Virus record (IMG/VR): IMGVR_UViG_3300011102_000109
Location: 1 to 35,697 of that record
Direction: 5' to 3' (one strand)
From: a virus
Taxonomy: Duplodnaviria; Caudoviricetes
DNA length: 35,697 nt
Position 1 is the first letter of the stretch. Every line of letters starts with the position of its first letter. The translations under genes and the position numbers were made by a program. This document shows, piece after piece, positions 33,705-35,697 of this stretch. The notes beneath the pieces were generated by a model, which was not told where the DNA came from, ran no database searches, and worked only from the letters and a program-made list of their open reading frames with translations.

Positions 33705-33930
33705 ATGAATCCTTTAAAAAAAATTAGTTCTTTATCCAGTAGCAATCACAGCTATTATAATGCTAGTTACTTTATGTAACTGGTTATTGACAGCTTTTTT
33801 TGCTATGGTATTTAATACAACAATGAATAATGTGGTTAAGAGTCCAATTATCCTATTATATACAGGAAGTGTAGTAGCCATATTATACCTAAGTGTATCA
33901 GCTTGTCGATATGTCGATAAAAAACTTTAA
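33705..33930 (+). pseudogene. Two-TM membrane protein gene frameshifted at an A8 run
   Basis: Removing one A from 33716-33723 gives MNPLKKLVLYPVAITAIIMLVTLCNWLLTAFFAMVFNTTMNNVVKSPIILLYTGSVVAILYLSVSACRYVDKKL* (74 aa). Confidence 0.6.
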
Positions 33931-34709
33931 AATAGCATAGGTAATCCAATGCACTGAATGGTAGTTACAATGTAATTTAATAAATAGGTAAAACATCAAC
34001 TCAAGTGTTCTATTTATCATTGTAATGATTTGAGTTAAAACCTCTTGTAATGTAAATGCTTAAAGCAGCCTAAAACTAATTAGGTATTAAATGTTAATCT
34101 TCTCATGCAATTTAGTTGTAGCTCAAGAAGTACATTACAAGTTTTATAGTGGAAAACAATCTGATGATGACTATTAGTAATTAAGTAACAGGATACATTC
34201 TTAGTTCTTAGATAACTAAGAATTAATGTGAAACTAATAGTGACTTAAACCACTTTAAATAAAAGTTGAAACCTCTTATTACTATAGACCTATGGGAATG
34301 TAGTTGTAAGTTTCATAGTGAGAAAATCCTATGAGTTAAAAGGTTATTGTTAAACCAAAACTTTAGAATCAGCTAATAAAAAAGCTGATGAAATAACTAA
34401 AGAATATGAAAACGCAAAACATAATGGTTGGTTTGATAAATATGGAAATCCATTATGTAAATATCAATCAAAAGCTACAGTTTCAGAAATAACTGTATTG
34501 GATTAATTATTAAGAACACCAGTTTCTTTGATATTGTCTTAATCTTCTAACATTGTATTTATCAATGCTCTGGATGTAGTAAGTGATATCAGTTAATGCG
34601 GGATAGACCTTATACCCTCTTATCCCAGACAATTAACTCCTTATCAAAGTTTTAGGTGTTCTTTTTTTTGTTAATATTTTATTATTTGTTTACATAAAAT
34701 AAAAATACT

Positions 34710-35096
34710 ATGACTATAGCAGAACAACTCAAAATTAAAGAGTTTCCATTCGAAATTAAGGATTCCAATGGAAATCTAATTTATTATGAAACATCAAATG
34801 GATTTTGGTATAGATGTGAATATGATTCAAAAGGTAACGAAATTTATTACATAGATTCTAATGGATATTGGGCAAAGAACGAATACAATTCCATGGGTAA
34901 CCTAATTTATTATAAAAATTCAACTGGATATTGGGTAAAACGTGAATACGATTCAAAAGGTAATCTAATTTACCTTGAAAATTCAACTGTCGTAATCCTA
35001 GACAAACGTCCCAAAAGTCCTAAAACCGAACTAACCTTAGATGAAATTGCACAAAAGTTCGGTATTCCAGTTAATCAACTAAAAATTAAAAAATAA
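34710..35096 (+). CDS. 21-aa repeat (YD-like) protein, paralog 1, 128 aa
   Basis: About 3.7 copies of YDSxGNxIYxxxSxGYWxKxE; C-terminal 'ELTLDEIAQKFGIPVNQLKIKK'. Confidence 0.8.
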   Translation: MTIAEQLKIKEFPFEIKDSNGNLIYYETSNGFWYRCEYDSKGNEIYYIDSNGYWAKNEYNSMGNLIYYKNSTGYWVKREYDSKGNLIYLENSTVVILDKRPKSPKTELTLDEIAQKFGIPVNQLKIKK

Positions 35097-35104
35097 AAAA
35101 TATT

Positions 35105-35611
35105 ATGACAATTGCTCAACAGTTAAAAATTAAAGAGTTTCCATTTGAAATTAGAGATTCGAATGGTAATCGAATTTACTTTGAAAATTCTGACGGATCT
35201 TGGTATAAACGTGAGTATGATTCTAATGGTAATCTAATTTACCACGAGAATTCTGAGGGATATTGGATGAAACGTGAATATGATTCTGAGGATGATCTGA
35301 TTTATTTTGAAGATTTAACTGGCGTCAAGATCATAAAGAAATGTCCCAAAACAGAAGTAGATGAAAAAACCACTACTAATGGCTGGGTGTCTGTAACAGA
35401 AGCCCTTCCAAAACCACTACAAACTGTTTGGCTTACAAATGGAAAAGGGTGGGCATGTTTAGGATGCCGTGTCGAAAATAATGAAGGGTGGCATTGGGCA
35501 GAAAGCAACGGGATTATTTATGTTGAAAATGGTGAAATAGTGTCAGAGTGTGAAAGTGAAGACTTGGATGTTAAATTTTGGCACGAACTTCCTAAGCTAC
35601 CTTATCTCTAA
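35105..35611 (+). CDS. 21-aa repeat protein, paralog 2, fused to a DUF551-like domain, 168 aa
   Basis: Same N-terminus (MTIAxQLKIKEFPFEI) and about 2.7 repeats, then 'WVSVTEALPK...VWL...VKFWHELP'. Confidence 0.75.
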   Translation: MTIAQQLKIKEFPFEIRDSNGNRIYFENSDGSWYKREYDSNGNLIYHENSEGYWMKREYDSEDDLIYFEDLTGVKIIKKCPKTEVDEKTTTNGWVSVTEALPKPLQTVWLTNGKGWACLGCRVENNEGWHWAESNGIIYVENGEIVSECESEDLDVKFWHELPKLPYL

Positions 35612-35667
35612 CGACGATTTCGAGATTAATTTAACTGTGAATTAAAAAAAATAAATATACAAAAGAC

Positions 35668-35697
35668 ATGAAAAAAGTTTTATTGATACTCATTATT
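35668..35697 (+). CDS. Partial ORF starting with a signal-peptide-like sequence
   Basis: MKKVLLILII after an A-rich leader; truncated by the window end. Confidence 0.45.
   Translation, partial: MKKVLLILII

Noticed and set aside
34161-34241. Hammerhead ribozyme (CTGATGA at 34161, GAAAC at 34230)
   Set aside because: The core elements are not in a valid order relative to the helices: the strand pairing with the GAAAC arm lies between CTGATGA and GAAA. It is at best a degenerate resemblance.

Overview
This 35.7-kb window looks like part of a crAss-like (Crassvirales-type) Bacteroidota phage genome that uses the standard genetic code. The minus strand from about 30.1 kb down to 1 is the late/virion arm. 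It carries an RlpA-like lytic transglycosylase, a tRNA-Met(CAT), HTH and IHF-like proteins, a PD-(D/E)xK nuclease, a probable TerS, TerL, portal and an acidic scaffold. These are followed by a major capsid gene broken by a frameshift near 17958, a head-fibre-like protein, conserved capsid/ring-module proteins, and a giant modular tail-fibre ORF of at least 3771 aa (11313 to <1). That ORF is absent from the ORF track because it runs off the window. A 15-nt motif (GTATATTATTATATA on the minus strand) recurs upstream of late genes and is a candidate phage promoter. After a strand switch near 30.8 kb come small plus-strand early-type ORFs. The most unusual signal is non-coding. Three tRNA-shaped elements sit just upstream of late-gene start codons: one atypical tRNA-Met, one tRNA with an extended anticodon arm and no variable loop, and one 48-nt two-arm mini-tRNA. 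There are also several large, heavily paired or pseudoknotted intergenic RNA candidates (28.9 kb, 30.4-30.7 kb, 32.15-32.22 kb, 33.94-34.29 kb, 34.51-34.67 kb). All family assignments come from motif recognition by eye and all structures from manual pairing; nothing was searched or folded computationally.
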